This document shows positions 25,143 to 37,884 of a stretch of 64,000 bases of DNA, piece by piece. Source of the stretch: Marsupella aquatica (taxonomy: Eukaryota > Plantae > Marchantiophyta); assembly GCA_973895155.1 (NCBI GenBank), contig OZ316893.1, positions 13,594,359 to 13,658,358 on the forward strand. Reading direction: 5' to 3'. Each line of letters opens with the position of its first letter. The stretch's first letter is position 1. The translations under genes were made by a program, and so were the position numbers. The notes under the pieces were generated by a model that saw nothing but the letters and a program-made list of their open reading frames with translations, ran no database searches and was not told the origin of the DNA.

Positions 25143-26327
25143 ATGGATTCTTCTGGTGCTGTTGGATTACCCGATGGACGACAGACCGGTTTCACTCGGA
25201 GTGGGGCACAGTTTCGGCCAGCGGCATTGGTAGCAGTCAGCAGTGCAGCTTCAGACAGTGATTCTGATGAGGACTCAGTGACCAGTTCTCCTCATCATCA
25301 GGTGGTTGCACCTTTGTTGTGGGATATGGACGAGATGTACGGGGCTACAAAGGGCCCATGACGATACTCTGGTGCAGTTGGCACAATTGATCTGGATGAC
25401 TTCATCCAGGATTTTGATACGTGGTGCAATATGCAAACATTGCGTAACGCCACATTGTTTACCCCTTTCATGGCATGGAAGGGATTATTTCAGCATTTGG
25501 AGGGGCCACCCATGGATGACTACCATGAGTTTCGGAAGGCTCATTTGGTTGAGATTGAGGCATGGAGGCAGCATTGGTCGCCTAATTATGTGTCCATCAC
25601 CTATGGCACTAGTGCGGCTGCCCAACCCATTGCCATAGCTGTTGCTTCTTCTAGCAGCACTAGCCAGAGTGGCACACCATCCACCAACAGCACTCCAGCA
25701 GCATCCACCGCTACTCCTGCCGGTGTGATTGTGACAGGAACTGGAGTTGCGCCAGCATTTAACCTTGTGGTGGAATTCTTTGAGGTACTGAAACAGAACT
25801 ATCAGGGTGTAAGAACTGATAAGTTGAAGGGTCTTCAGGAGTTCCAGCGCAAGACTGGAGAGAGTCTACGTGAGGCATACACTCGTATGCGCAGATTGAT
25901 CACTGTCACCAAGGGAGTGACAGAGGCTCAGGCAGTCCAGTTTTGGTATGCAATTCTGGACAGAGAATTGCGACGTAGAGTGAGAGATGTCACTCTGCTT
26001 AGGGATGCAGATCCCACATTAGCAGTTGTTTTTACACTTTCTAAGCGCATTGAGCTCAATATGGTGAATGAGAAGGTGGTGACTTCCGGATTTGCCAAGG
26101 AAGCACCAAAGGCTACATCCACATCCACATCCACACCACAGCCTACTGCACGAAAGAGCCAGAGGGAGAAGCCTACTGCACGAGAGTCTACCAGCCAGAG
26201 ACCTATGCCCTCTTATGCTGGACAACAGTCAGGATGTTGGACCTATGGTGGGGATCATGCACAAAGATATTGCCCAGATCATAGAGGATCAGGGGGAGCA
26301 TCAGCGCGTGATCAGGGGGAGCTCTGA
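25143..26327 (+). pseudogene. Gypsy gag with one in-frame stop
   Basis: ORFs 25134-25361 and 25431-26327 are in the same frame, separated by TGA. Retrotrans_gag-like LQEFQRKTGESLREAYTRMRRL is present. The Zn knuckle CWTYGGDHAQRYC is degenerate (second Cys to Tyr). Confidence 0.8.
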
Positions 26328-26347
26328 TTCAAAGCAAAACTCAAGAT

Positions 26348-27697
26348 TTGTTGGAGGCTGGATTGGTGGAGATTTCATATGGGGAGTATGCATCTGCCAC
26401 AATGATGCCAGCCAAGAAGGATGTGCATGGCAATTACACAAATAGGCGCATGTGTGGTGATTACAAACCTATTATTTGCCAGACAAAATCTGATCGATAT
26501 GCCATGCCCACACCTGATGAGATCTTTGATGCTGTGGGGCATGCAAAGGTTTTCAGTTCATTGGATCTGAGGGCAGGGTACCATCAGCTTCCAATTAGGC
26601 ATGCTGACAGGTCCAAGACAACATTCTGGGGGATTGATTCTTATGGCAAAGATCGTTTGTATCAGTGGTTATTCTTACCATTTGGGTTGAAGAATGCACC
26701 AGCTGAGTTCCAGAGAGTCATGGATCGAATCCTTGCAGGTTTGGATTTTGTCAGATGTTATATTGATGATATTTTGGTCTATTCTTCTATTGTGGAAGAA
26801 CATCAACAGCACTTGCAGATTGTGTTGGAGAGATTGAGAGCACATGGGTTGAAGCTCCATCCTGGCAAGTGTAAGTTCTTCCAAGACCAGATTGAGTATT
26901 TGGGCCACACTATATACCCAGGGGGATTGGGTGTACAGCAGACTAAAGTGGAGGCCATTACACAGATTCCTTGTCCTACTGATGTGAGTAGAGTTCGTGC
27001 ATTCTTGGGATTGGCGAGCTACTATAGGAGGTATGTTAAAGGATTTAGCCAGCTTGCTAAACCTTTGACCATAATCACTAAGTTGGATCAAGAATGGATT
27101 TGGGGTGATGACCTGGAGCGTGCCTTTCAGGAGTTGAAGCAAAGGTTGGCATCATCCCCTATTTTGAGAAGACCCATTTCAGGCAGACCATTTCAGCTAC
27201 ACACTGATTGGAGTGGAGTAGGACTTGGAGCAGTGCTGACTCAGAAGGATGATGAGGGGAATGAGTTTGTTGTGGCTTATGCCAGTAGATCAAACAATTC
27301 AGTAGAGGCTAAGTATAGCTCTTATGAGGGAGAGTGTTTGGCAGCAGTGTGGGCTGTTGCACACTTTCGTTGCTACTTGTTTGGTAACCCCTTCACCTTG
27401 ATCACTGATCATCAGCCTCTTAAGTGGTTAATGGAGTCTGACAAGCTTACAGGGAAGCTTGCACGATGGGCATTGTTGTTACAGGAGTATGATTTCCAGG
27501 TGGTGCATAGGCCTGGAAAAGTGAACTTGGATGCAGATGGATTAAACCGCAATCCATGTACCAGTCAGCAAGATGAGACTGAAGCTAGATGGCATGATGA
27601 GTCAGATAAGGAGATGGTGCCAGGATGGCATGCATCTACCTTTCTTTGTTGGGTGCCAACATACAGTGGACTCTACCTCATTGGATGGAGTGGATGA
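26348..27697 (+). pseudogene. Gypsy pol: reverse transcriptase + RNase H
   Basis: RT motifs RMCGDYK, FSSLDLRAGYHQ, LPFGLKNAPAEFQR and YIDDILV. RNase H motifs LHTDWS, EGECLA, TDHQPL and DADGLNR. Frameshift near 27660. Confidence 0.95.
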
Positions 27698-27699
27698 TG

Positions 27700-29186
27700 A
27701 GTCTTCAGATGTGGATGTTAGTGAGGTAACTATTGGACAGCAAGATATTCACAATGATGTGAGTGTGTTGGAATATCTGCGCAGTGGTTCTATTGTTGGT
27801 AGTGTTGATGCCAAGGAACGTGACAGGGTTCTATAGAGAGCCAAGAGGTTTCGATGGGAGGGAAACCATCTTTTGAGAGTACTGCATGATGGTAGCGTGT
27901 TGGTGGTCCCAAAACCATCATAGAGAATACATTTGGTGCGACATGCGCATGAGGAGTTGGGTCACTTTGGTGTAAAGCGCACTTACAGTTTGTTGCAGAC
28001 ACAGTATTGGTGGCGTGGTATGCACACTCATGTCCAGCAGTTGATAGCTAAGTGTGTGGTATGTGATAGAGTGAGAGCATCATTTAATGCTCCCACTCCC
28101 CAGTTACACCCGTTGTCGATCATGGGTTTGGGATATCGTTGGAGTTTGGATTTTGCTGGTCCATTACCTCTTACCCAACGTCATAATCGGTATGTTTTGG
28201 TCATGGTGGAGCACTTCTCCAAGTGGATTGAGCTAGTGGCGTTGCCAGATAAAGCCAATGGAGGAGTTGCTGCTACATTTTTGGATCGTGTACTCAGTCA
28301 TTTTGGAGCACCAGCTGAGGTGTTGACTGATCAGGGAACTGAGTTTCATGGAGAGTTTGAGAGTTTGTGTGAACAAGTTCTGATTGATCATCGTACTACC
28401 TCTCATGATCATCCTGAGGCAGATAGATTAGCTGAGAGAGTTGTGCAAACTGTGAAGAGAGGATTGCGTAAGTATGGCTTGCAGGTTGGTCATCTGGGAG
28501 ATTGGGATCTCCAGCTACCTTGGTTAGCTATGGGCTACCGTTTCAGTCGGCAAACATCACTTGCATCCTTCTCACCTTACTTTTTGCTCTATGGTAGAGA
28601 GCCAGATTTGCCAACAACTATTCGTCGTGATGTTGCATCAGTTGTGAACTTGGATGATCCTGATGTTTGGGTCAAGGTGTGTTCAGAGAGAGCACGGGTA
28701 TTTCAGCAAGTGATGCCCATGGCTTTTGACAACCTTGCCATTGCCCAACATCGTGATACTTTGAGGTATGCCACTATTCGTGGAGGAGGTTACCGTGCAA
28801 GCGTTCGGCAATTTCATCCTGGTGATTATATTTATTTGCAGCAGACAGCACCCACGACACTTGATGTGACCGCAGGTCGGACAATCTTACGTGTGCGTGA
28901 AGTGTTGCCTTCTGGTGTCCTGATGTTGGAGGGACGCGATGGTATGGTTTGGAAGGATCATGTGCGCAACTATGCACCATGTCACCTTCCCAATATTGAT
29001 GGTACTGTAGATCCAAGCTTGGCACATTTTCGTGCTGGCTTGAAATGTATGTTGTGTGGATCTGCTCAGGGGGCAACTACTATGTTGATTTGTGATAAGT
29101 GTTCTAGAGGATGACACATGTCATGTTTGACACCACCATTGCAGGTGATTCCTAGTGGATCATGGTTGTGTCCTCAGTGTCGGTGA
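27700..29186 (+). pseudogene. Gypsy integrase (HHCC + DDE) with C-terminal PHD finger
   Basis: HEELGH..CVVC, then WSLDFAGP, VLTDQGTEF and AERVVQTVK (D,D,E). C-terminus reads CMLC..MLICDKCSRG*HMSCLTPPLQVIPSGSWLCPQCR (C4HC3 PHD, with Trp to TGA at 29112-29114). Stop at 29186. Confidence 0.92.
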
Positions 29187-29350
29187 AGCCGACTAGTTAT
29201 CATTTGTGTTCTCTTGGCAGATATGGATTGCAGGTAGGTGATCGATGAGGCTCACTTGCACCCGGCCTCCTGATCTTCACACCTAAAAAGGTGTATATCA
29301 ACCTTGTAGAACTCATGGCTAGCTAGAGTTAGGGGACCTTACTCCCAGCT

Positions 29351-29362
29351 AAGGGGGGCGAC
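29351..29362 (+). promoter_or_regulatory. Polypurine tract directly before repeat B1
   Basis: AAGGGGGGCGAC is immediately followed by TGTGGG (start of B1). Confidence 0.75.
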
Positions 29363-29965
29363 TGTGGGTTTTGGACATGTGTAGACATGAGTTCCACTTG
29401 TATTCCATTCTCTTGTGTTTGTGATGTGGCAGTGTGACTATGTCTGGATGTATGTGACAAACAATGTATGTTGTGTAGCGATATGTATGCACACGATAGC
29501 TGTCACACCATTCTAGGTAGTGTTAGAGTGTATCATACTATCTAGATCCGTATGTTTGGTATGTGTGCTATATGAGCCGATAAGGTTCCGTCAGGTTTGT
29601 GTGAGAGGGTACTTCTCACTTGTGAGGCATTGAAAGGTCATCTTTCAATGTTGAGCCTTGGAGAGAGAGGAGCTTGAGTGGCTATGGTGGCTGTGAGCTC
29701 CGCTTGTGTAACATGGATTCCTTGAGTAGTGCAAGGTGCGTTGGCTTGACATAGGTGTGTGATCGGATCGGTGCGGGATCAATGCGGTATTGTTGACCGG
29801 GATCGTTGTGCCGATTGTGTGGAGATTATTGTGGGTTTTGGACATGTGTGGACATGAGTTCCACTTGTATTCCATTCTCTTGTGTTTGTGATGTGGCAGT
29901 GTGACTATGTCTGGATGTATGTGACAAGCGATGTATGTTGTGTAGCGATATGTATGCGCACGACA
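29363..29965 (+). repeat. Right terminal block B1(136)-GC-A2(328)-T-B2(136)
   Basis: B1 and B2 differ by about 5 substitutions. The B1|A2 junction is CACGATA-GC-TGTCAC and the A2|B2 junction is GAGATTA-T-TGTGGG. Confidence 0.95.
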
Positions 29966-31276
29966 GTGATCCAGTGTATCTTCTCCATCTTAGCTCCGTT
30001 TTGGCCGTGTGACACGTCGTTGGAATCAGCTCGACGAGTTATTCCTAACAAGCCCATGAACTCCTAATTTTGAGATGGTCGAAAATTTGATGTTCGTACA
30101 ACCAGGATCCGTACACACGTTGAAAGCAAGCACAAGAGGGAAAGGGTTCAGGGTTTAGGTATGGATGGGAACCCCACAAGGGAGAATAGAAAAAAAGGGA
30201 AATAAGAAAGTGTGAGGGCCCCTTCTATGTATGTGTCCTTCTACGGAGTGGTTCTTCTACGGAGTGCCCTTCTACGGAGTGCGAAAGGGAAAGAGAGCAA
30301 AAACCGTATGAGGACCACACAAAGGGTGAAGGGGAACACAAGTGTGGGAACCCCTTCCTTCTAAGGGCCCTCCCACCATCACTACTCCAAGATTGTCTAG
30401 TTTTACCATTTTACAGGCATTGAGGTTTCTCAAGATGTCACTTTTTGATACAGACCTAAACTCAACTAGGAAACCCCAGTTTTGCATGGGGCTCATTGAG
30501 GGCTTCAAAATGAATCCAAACATGACCATGTTTGGAATAGTACTAGCGCAACAACGTCTGTTTCAAGTTTCAATGTTTTCTATATTTTGGTCATTATTCC
30601 CGTTTTACGCCTTATGTGGAGCCTCCGGCTAGTCCCCACCCCTCCGAGATGCCCACACCTTGCCTCCAAGTCCTTGGGATGCCTTGTGGCCTCCTTGTAC
30701 CCCCTCAATGGTTCCTTTGTCGCCCAACACCCCTCTCAACTCCGGCTTCCGGTTGTCGCCTATATATTAGAACTAACAAAAATTAAAAAATTTGAAAATC
30801 AAAACACTTTTGCTACACCTACTTGTCTTTCTACATATATACGCAGTTATAAGTCATCACTAAGTTACTACCGGGTTTGGGGCCTGTCACAATTATATAC
30901 AAAAACAATGGCATATTTGTAAACACACTAAAATAATGTAGTATTGTATATTTAGACATCTTTAGTGGCAATGTACTTAAAATTTTAAATTTATATTTAA
31001 TAACATTTGACAAAACAAAGCTATACTTTGAAGAATGAGGTAAAATAAAGGATGACCATTAGCGATAAGCCAAAAACAATCAGTAAAAGTAAATTCTTGC
31101 ACCACCACAAATTGACTTGTGAAACTCCGGGTGAAACTCAGGTTGAGGTCATGAGACTCAAAGTTGTCTTAATCTGCTTGTCTCATTTTGGGGATGACTT
31201 AGAGCAAAGCACTTCATAAAGCCCTTCTTCAGGCCCTAATCAAATCATGAGTAGTTCAACTGAGAGACAACACATG

Positions 31277-31595
31277 TGTTAAACAAAGATGACATTCACA
31301 AAGGCAAGCCCATGATCATCCAACGCATAAGTAATCAACATAGAGAGATACGTGGTTCACCTTAGCTAAGACTACTTCCACAAGAACATACAAGAGCTTT
31401 ACAACACTCTAGGTATGTCGGCCATGCCGAGTTTCTCAACTGGCTCCGTAACAAAGAACTTGAATTCCTCGTATCCAAGCAAATATTGTCGAGGATATAG
31501 TGTGCAACCTAGTTAACTTAACCTTGTCTGCGACTAAGATTAGTAGTAACTACGATTATAGTCGTAACCCTAGACTAAAGAGTAAATGTCTAACA
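31277..31595 (-). mobile_element. Degenerate Copia-family solo LTR
   Basis: Minus strand starts TGTTAGACATTTACTCTTTAGTCTAG and ends ..GTCATCTTTGTTTAACA. It contains AAAGCTCTTGTATGTTC and GGTGAACCACGTATC, like the 47284 LTR. Confidence 0.65.
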
Positions 31596-33014
31596 TAATT
31601 TCCCCTGGAGCTATGCCTAAATAACAGTCAACTCAATCACCCTGATTTGACCACATTGTGACAACTAATGTTTTGATAGCATTTGACAAAACCAAGTGGA
31701 ATTATATTTGAATAAGCCACTCCTCAAGTAAAAGCTCCTGCACAAATTGAGCCAGTAAATATGGGTGGGTTTGTACGAAGGTTGGGGCATTTGCAACTTT
31801 TTTTCACTAAATAACTTGAAGGACCATTTCTTGTCCTAGGTGGACAGACTCCAAACACAAGTCAATTGAATTAGTCCCTTTATTGGGGTTTACTTCTCTT
31901 GTAAGTACAACATTCCATTCAAGATGTATTCAAGATGTTAAAACAAGGTTTTTTTTTACTTGAACTTCCATATTAAATACAAATTTGTTGAATCAAGGCT
32001 CCTAAGGTTGAAAATGTTTGAAATGCCTATCCAGGCAGTCTACAATTCTAGACAAAATAAGCATTCCACATCAGTAATATGCTTGCCACGGAAAATCAAC
32101 TATAGTTGTTTCCACTCATAAGGTTGCTCCAATTTTCAACCTTCCTCAAATGATATCAAAAACTTTTAGGACTAGGTATCTAGATAAATCAGCAATTGCA
32201 ACAATTTTCTTTAAGCTAAGTACAGTAGCTTGTCTTGTAGAGTTTCCCCCCTAAAAAAGATTCTATTCTTAAGAAGAATTTAATTAATCATTCCTCTTTA
32301 GAGTTTGGATAAATTGTTTTGTGACCCACCTTAATAAAAATAAAGTAGTTTTGGAGGTGATTTATAAGCTGTTAAAAGATTATAAATCTCTTTCAAAAAG
32401 TAGTGGGCCTTTCATCTTTCTCTCACAATGACTAGTTAGTGACACATAAGTCACTCAGAACCATACACTTAGGAACAACACTCTGAGTGTAGTTAGAAGG
32501 GGAGGGAGTGACATTATCTTGAAGTGTTTGTTTCACAAGCCTTGGCTTCTTCACAATCTTGTGAAGAGATAGGTTAGGGTTTAGGTATCATAAGTATGAG
32601 GTGTTAATTTGATATAACTTAAGTATAAGGAATAAAATTATCATATATTCTATGAAGGGTTGGGAACATTGAAAATAAATATAGACACTAAGAGGGGGCA
32701 AAAACAATTTCAAAGGACTTTATAAAAGATTATTGGACTTTATATAAGGACCATATCTTTTTAAGGCAAATTGAAATAAAAATACATATAAAAAACCTCA
32801 ACAAGAGAGTGACATGAGTAGGCGCCAAAACAACGTAACACTAGAAGAAACATTATACGTACAGCCCAGATTTATCTAAGTGTGAATAAACTGATGGCAA
32901 TTGCGTCTGAGGTTTCCTAAAGCCACACTAAGCCATCCATTAGAGATCCCTTGGAGTGAGCACTATTGTATATCACATGGCTGCTAAAACACATGAATGT
33001 ACCATTGCAGATTT

Positions 33015-33598
33015 ACAGCTTTTTAGAAAACTACCCCCAAACTGATCATTATTACATATCTGCCCTCAAAACTAAATTATTTAGAAGACGGCCCCCCAAA
33101 ATGTATTGAGTTACTTAAAACCCAAATACTCAAACACGCTGCATTCCCATTGGCTATCAAGTAACGAGAGTCGAAGACCTAAGGTGAAGCTAAGCCGCAT
33201 CCACTTTCACGCAGTCCATAGCCTTGTTGGGGCCTAAGGTGCAAGACAACCATCAGGGTCTGAAGTGCAGTGTAGCCATCAGGGCCCCACTTGGACCCAA
33301 CTCCCACTGGGGCCCAAGTCACAGCCCTTGTTTTCTTTGGGAAACAGCTCCAAAATGTTGGCTATTTTTTGAGCTGTAAGAGTTCAGGGCCCTACAATGA
33401 ATATGAAGGGCCGGCAATGGGAGAGAGGGATCATGCGACTTTGGTTGCTTGACAGCCCACTGTGGTCAAGTAGTTGAGATAAAACTAAGTAACAGGATAC
33501 AGTTGGGGTGGGGGTGGAGGGCAGTACACTAAATAATTTAGTTTTGAGGGCAGGTTTGTAATCAGGATCAGTTGGGGGGTAGTTTAGCAAAAAGCTGT
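33015..33598. mobile_element. Non-autonomous long-TIR (Mutator-like) MITE
   Basis: Imperfect inverted repeats of ~110 bp. ACAGCTTTTT..AAACTACCCCC.AACTGATC..ATTACA..CTGCCC.TCAAAACTAAATTATTTAG is at the left end and its reverse complement at ~33470-33598. Confidence 0.7.
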
Positions 33599-35409
33599 TT
33601 AGTCTTTACTTGGAACATTGATCTTGCATATCTTAATTTATCATAATCTCTTTTAGGCTCAGTGTAGGTAGGTTTTGGCTCAGTGTAGGTGTACTCGTTT
33701 GAGATTTGTGTTTTGTGCCTAACAGAGTACACCCGAGTAAAAGCAACACAGGTCCAAAGAGGACAAACACAAATCTCAAAAGAAGAGGGCAAATGCACAC
33801 CCCAAACACCTAGGAAGGGGAAAACTCAGAAATAAGATTGAACGTATCACTGCAATAAGTGGGATATATAATTGTCCACATAATTGAGTATTGTAAGTGA
33901 GTTTATAAGTTGAAATTAGAAGTGGGACATGGAAGTCCTCTAAGGGAGCAAGCATATGCTTAGGTACAATAGTACCCACTGTTAGAGATCTACGATGGAT
34001 CACTAGGGCTTCAGCATACTGTAACATTGCCAAAATCTGGTGATGGCGGGATAATGGTCATGTATCATCAAAATGGGTAGTGGTTGTCCTGTGGTGCTCT
34101 ACTCCCCCCCCTTCTTATTCTACTTAGCTGGCAATGTTTCAATAAATTTGTTATTTTTGGTTGCTAGTAAGTCACCTCACGGGATGTCTTGCACAAACTG
34201 CAGATCCCATAGGGTTCATTTTCTGAAACCCTATTTTGTAGACGAACTACCTCATAACCATGGTACTCGCCATGGTATTTGGGATGGGCACATTCAATAC
34301 ATTTTCTCTCATCTTATGTAGTTAGGGGAGTTGTGAGATCAGTTCGGACATAATAGGCTGTCCAGATTGATTCATGTTGTCAAAATAAACTCACCGAGCT
34401 TGAAATAATCTTTATCTCAAAGATTTCCTCACTATTCAAGTAACTCAAGACCAACCTATGAAATTAATAGTATGTGTTGACGAACACAAATTTTCATTTG
34501 AAACCTTACTTATAAATTTGCAACTACAAGCTAGAGTTGGGCCTAGGCTTCTAGAGTGAAGACTCTAGACCATAATTCCATGGCTCATCATGTGGAATGA
34601 TGAGAAAACTGATGTCTATGATGTATGTCATGTCAAATGATAATCATGATTGCTTTTTGTTATGATTTCTATTTATATTAAAAATTGATCTCTATGGCCC
34701 CACCATATTATATGTGCATAAGTGGGATGTAGGATAGAAAAACTAGGGATGTGCATAGAAACGAGTACTATGGTATGTTATGTTTGATTATTAAAATGAT
34801 GATATGTATGATAATTTTTTTATCATTTCATTAACCTTCAAAATATGTGAATAAGGATATATTTTGGTGACATTTTTATTGTTCTCCCCGCTATTCATGT
34901 TCAAAGAATGGGTAGTCGGGGCTAGTAACAACAAATAAACAACTCATTTTAGAAATGGTCCCATGCTTTGGTAACCCTTGCTCGGCTAATTTTAGTGATG
35001 CACCTATGTTCCAGTTAATTTAGATGCAGACTCCACTAAATCTAGCAGCCGATCCATGCCCTGGATAAATTTTAGCAACAGATTGATAGTGATATGTGCA
35101 TCCCAAGGGTTCAATCTGATCCAATTGAACCCAGGCATGGGTCAGTCATTGATTTCCATTGCCAATGGGGCTGGGGAATTTGGATGTCAACAAGTTTAGC
35201 TCTTCATATGTAAATACTAACAGACAATGGGAGTCTCATATCCAGCTTTACAAGACTAACATAAATTAAATTAAATCTAATATCTTGAAAACAATTTTTT
35301 ACTCCCAAATTTAATAGGTTGTCAAGCATCTTCCTTATCTAAATACCTACTATCCTACTCAAAACAATTCCAGAGTGGTCATTTTGTGCCTTCCACTTGC
35401 ATGGGATGG

Positions 35410-35995
35410 CTAACCTCTGTCATGACTTATGATCATGGCACGCAACCAATTTTTATGGCAAAAAACTCTGGGACTATGAATTTGGTAATCCATAATGTGT
35501 TCATTCCTGAACCTGATCGTAGTAGTCAAGGTGTTTCAAAATTTGAGACTTGAGACCCCTAATAAATTCATTGCTAGTTTGAAAGCTGCTCACGGCAACC
35601 TGAACGGAATACAGGGTTATGTAAATCTTTTATTGTTGAATTTTTCTACTAACCTTTGTCATGACTTATGATCATGGCACACAACCATTTTACATGGCAA
35701 AAAATTCTGGGACTATGAATTTGGTAAATCCATAATGTGTTCATTCCTGAACCTGATCTTAGTAGTTAAGGTGTTTCAAAATTTGAGATTTGAGACCCCT
35801 AATAAATTCATTGCTAGTTTGAAAGCTGCTCACGGAAACCTGAACGGCATGTTCGTCGGACTGCTTTCACCGACGGAACCGGAATTCCTGAAAAATTTGT
35901 TCGTCGGAGTGCTTTCACTGACGGAACCGGGAACCTGAACGGAATGTTCGTCGGGCTGCCTTCACTGACGGAACCGGGAACCGGGAACCTGGACG
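35410..35995. repeat. ~200-bp direct duplication (period 239) running into three ~40-bp TGTTCGTCGG..TTCAC.GACGGAACCGG units upstream of eIF(iso)4G
   Basis: 35410-35610 matches 35649-35848. The short units lie at ~35850, 35898 and 35945. Confidence 0.8.
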
Positions 35996-36119
35996 GGATT
36001 GAAACAGGCTGACGACTATTACCCGTCACCCCGGTCGAGGGGTTTCCGATCGAGGTTTGACGGACCCGCCCAAGTGGCCCCCCGGTACCCCCGGTCCCCC
36101 ATCTAGGTCCGTCAGTCAT

Positions 36120-36150
<31 letters not shown>

Positions 36151-37745
36151 GACTGAGTGACTTCCGTCTCTGTTTTCACGTCCTCCATCAGTCTCATTAT
36201 CAGTCACCAATATTCGGCGCAGAGGAGAGGAGAGAGGAGAAGAGAGGAAAAGAGGAGCACAAACGGGAAAAGAGGAGCACAAACGAGAAAAAGCGCTCGC
36301 AGCTCAGGCCAGGATTAAATTTTTCTCGGTAGCTTTGCTGAACGGAATAGATTGATTGGGGAAGGAAGGAAGGAAGGAAGGAAGGAAGGGAGGGAAGGAC
36401 GGGAGGGAGGAAGAGGTGCCATAATCGGTGCGGAGAGGAGGAGCACTTAAAAAAAAGAAAGAGCGCCTCTGGTCTATCTACAGTAGTAGAGTTGTGGGAC
36501 GAGGATTATAATTTTGGTGCGTTTTAGGAGGTTTTGATTCGGTGGTGGGGTGGGGGTTTGGGGGAAGGAAGTGTGGCGGAATCTGTGTCGAGGGAGGCAC
36601 CACTGTTACTTGCCTGCTGCTGCTGCTGCTACTGCTACTGCTACTGCTCCTACACGACGGACAGGGGAGATCAGCGGATAAGCGAAGAAGGTGAGGTCGG
36701 CTCGATCGTCGTCGTTCGCTAGCGCGATTGTCGTCGTCGACGCTTGTTTGGCTGGAGGAGTGGAGCAGCAGATCGAGGCTTGGTGCTGCTGCCGCGGTGG
36801 TGGTGGTGGTTTGACATCATTATTTGTATCGATCATCGGTGCGTTCCGGTCGACTGACTGAGTGACTGAGTGACGAGGATTCATCGTCTTCATTCTTTTC
36901 TCTTCCACTTCTGCGTCGTCTTCGGCTGGCCCGTCCGTGCTGTTGCTGCTGCTGTTGCTGTTTCGGTGGTTCTCCTCCTTCTTCTTCTACTTCTTCTTCT
37001 GTCGGAGACGCGACTGTACAAAATTAGGTCATTGGCCAACTGTCCCTTATTTTCCGTTTCCCTTCTTCCCTTTCCTTCCCCTTTGCCAAGTCCTCACTCT
37101 TCTTCTCTCCTTTTCCTCTTTTCTGTTCGAGGAGCAGCTCCTCACTCGAGGTTGACCTTCTGTGTGGTCCTTCCTTGTCGGAGAAATAGAGACGAGCGAC
37201 GCATTTGAATCGGGGGCGCGTACTGTCAAAATAACCCATTCCTTCAAACCTAGGAACTTGTGCCGTGGTTAAACGCCTAGATTTAGGTCATTTTTAATCG
37301 ACAGCCATTTGCTACTTGTGCTGCTGCTGCTGCCAGTCGTGCCTGCGGAAACGCTTCTTTCGATCGGGGGAGGGTGCGGGGGAGGGGGGCGCACGCCGCC
37401 GACTGCTGAGAGAGGGGACTCGAGCTCTTGATGCTTGATATGACTTATCACTGCACATGTTAGACGGGTATTGTTTCGAGTTGGATGTTGAATGAAAGGC
37501 TGCATGTGAATAGTGGTCTTCGCCGTAGATTGTCGACACAGATTCGAAGGTGTCGAGGTCGTTGTGGAGCTCGGTACGAATTAGGGTTTGTGCCTTCGGA
37601 TGCTGGATGTGGTATGTGGGTTGTTGTTTGTTAAGTGGGTGCCATGATAGGGTTTGTGGAGACTGGGGTAGGGTGGATTGCAAGGCATGGATCGGGTTGT
37701 GTTTGATAAAATCTGTGGACTCCCGTTTTTTTCTCTTTGCAGTGA

Positions 37746-37790
37746 ATGCGCCGCTTTGACTTGGTGCCGAGCGAAGCTGAGCAGCAGTGA
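37746..37790 (+). promoter_or_regulatory. Upstream ORF (MRRFDLVPSEAEQQ*) in the probable last 5'UTR exon of eIF(iso)4G
   Basis: ATG lies just after a polypyrimidine-TTTGCAG acceptor (AG at 37741-42). The stop is 94 nt before the main ATG. Confidence 0.5.
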
Positions 37791-37884
37791 ACTTTGAGGA
37801 CGACGACCCCCCTCTAACCTGGTAAATTAATCTTCAATAGATTGTTTGGAGGAGAGTGTAAAGTGAAAAGACTTTTGCTTTGCA

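Larger units (their letters stand above)
23458..29965 (+). mobile_element. Ty3/Gypsy-type retrotransposon with split direct repeats A1-internal-B1-gc-A2-B2 and PHD-finger integrase; inactivated
   Basis: Begins TGTCAC (23458), ends CGACA (29965), and is flanked by GTGA on both sides (23454-57, 29966-69). Gene order is gag, RT, RNase H, integrase. A1 23458-23785 matches A2 29501-29828; B1 29363-29498 matches B2 29830-29965. Confidence 0.93.

Noticed and set aside
23458-29965. Classification as a DIRS/Ngaro tyrosine-recombinase element
   Set aside because: The element has a HHCC-DDE integrase, PPT, TG..CA ends and a TSD. No YR ORF was seen.
36500-37760. Many overlapping ORFs around microsatellites (also 20230-20860 and 59900-61150)
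   Set aside because: These are low-complexity 5'UTR/intron sequences producing spurious ORFs.
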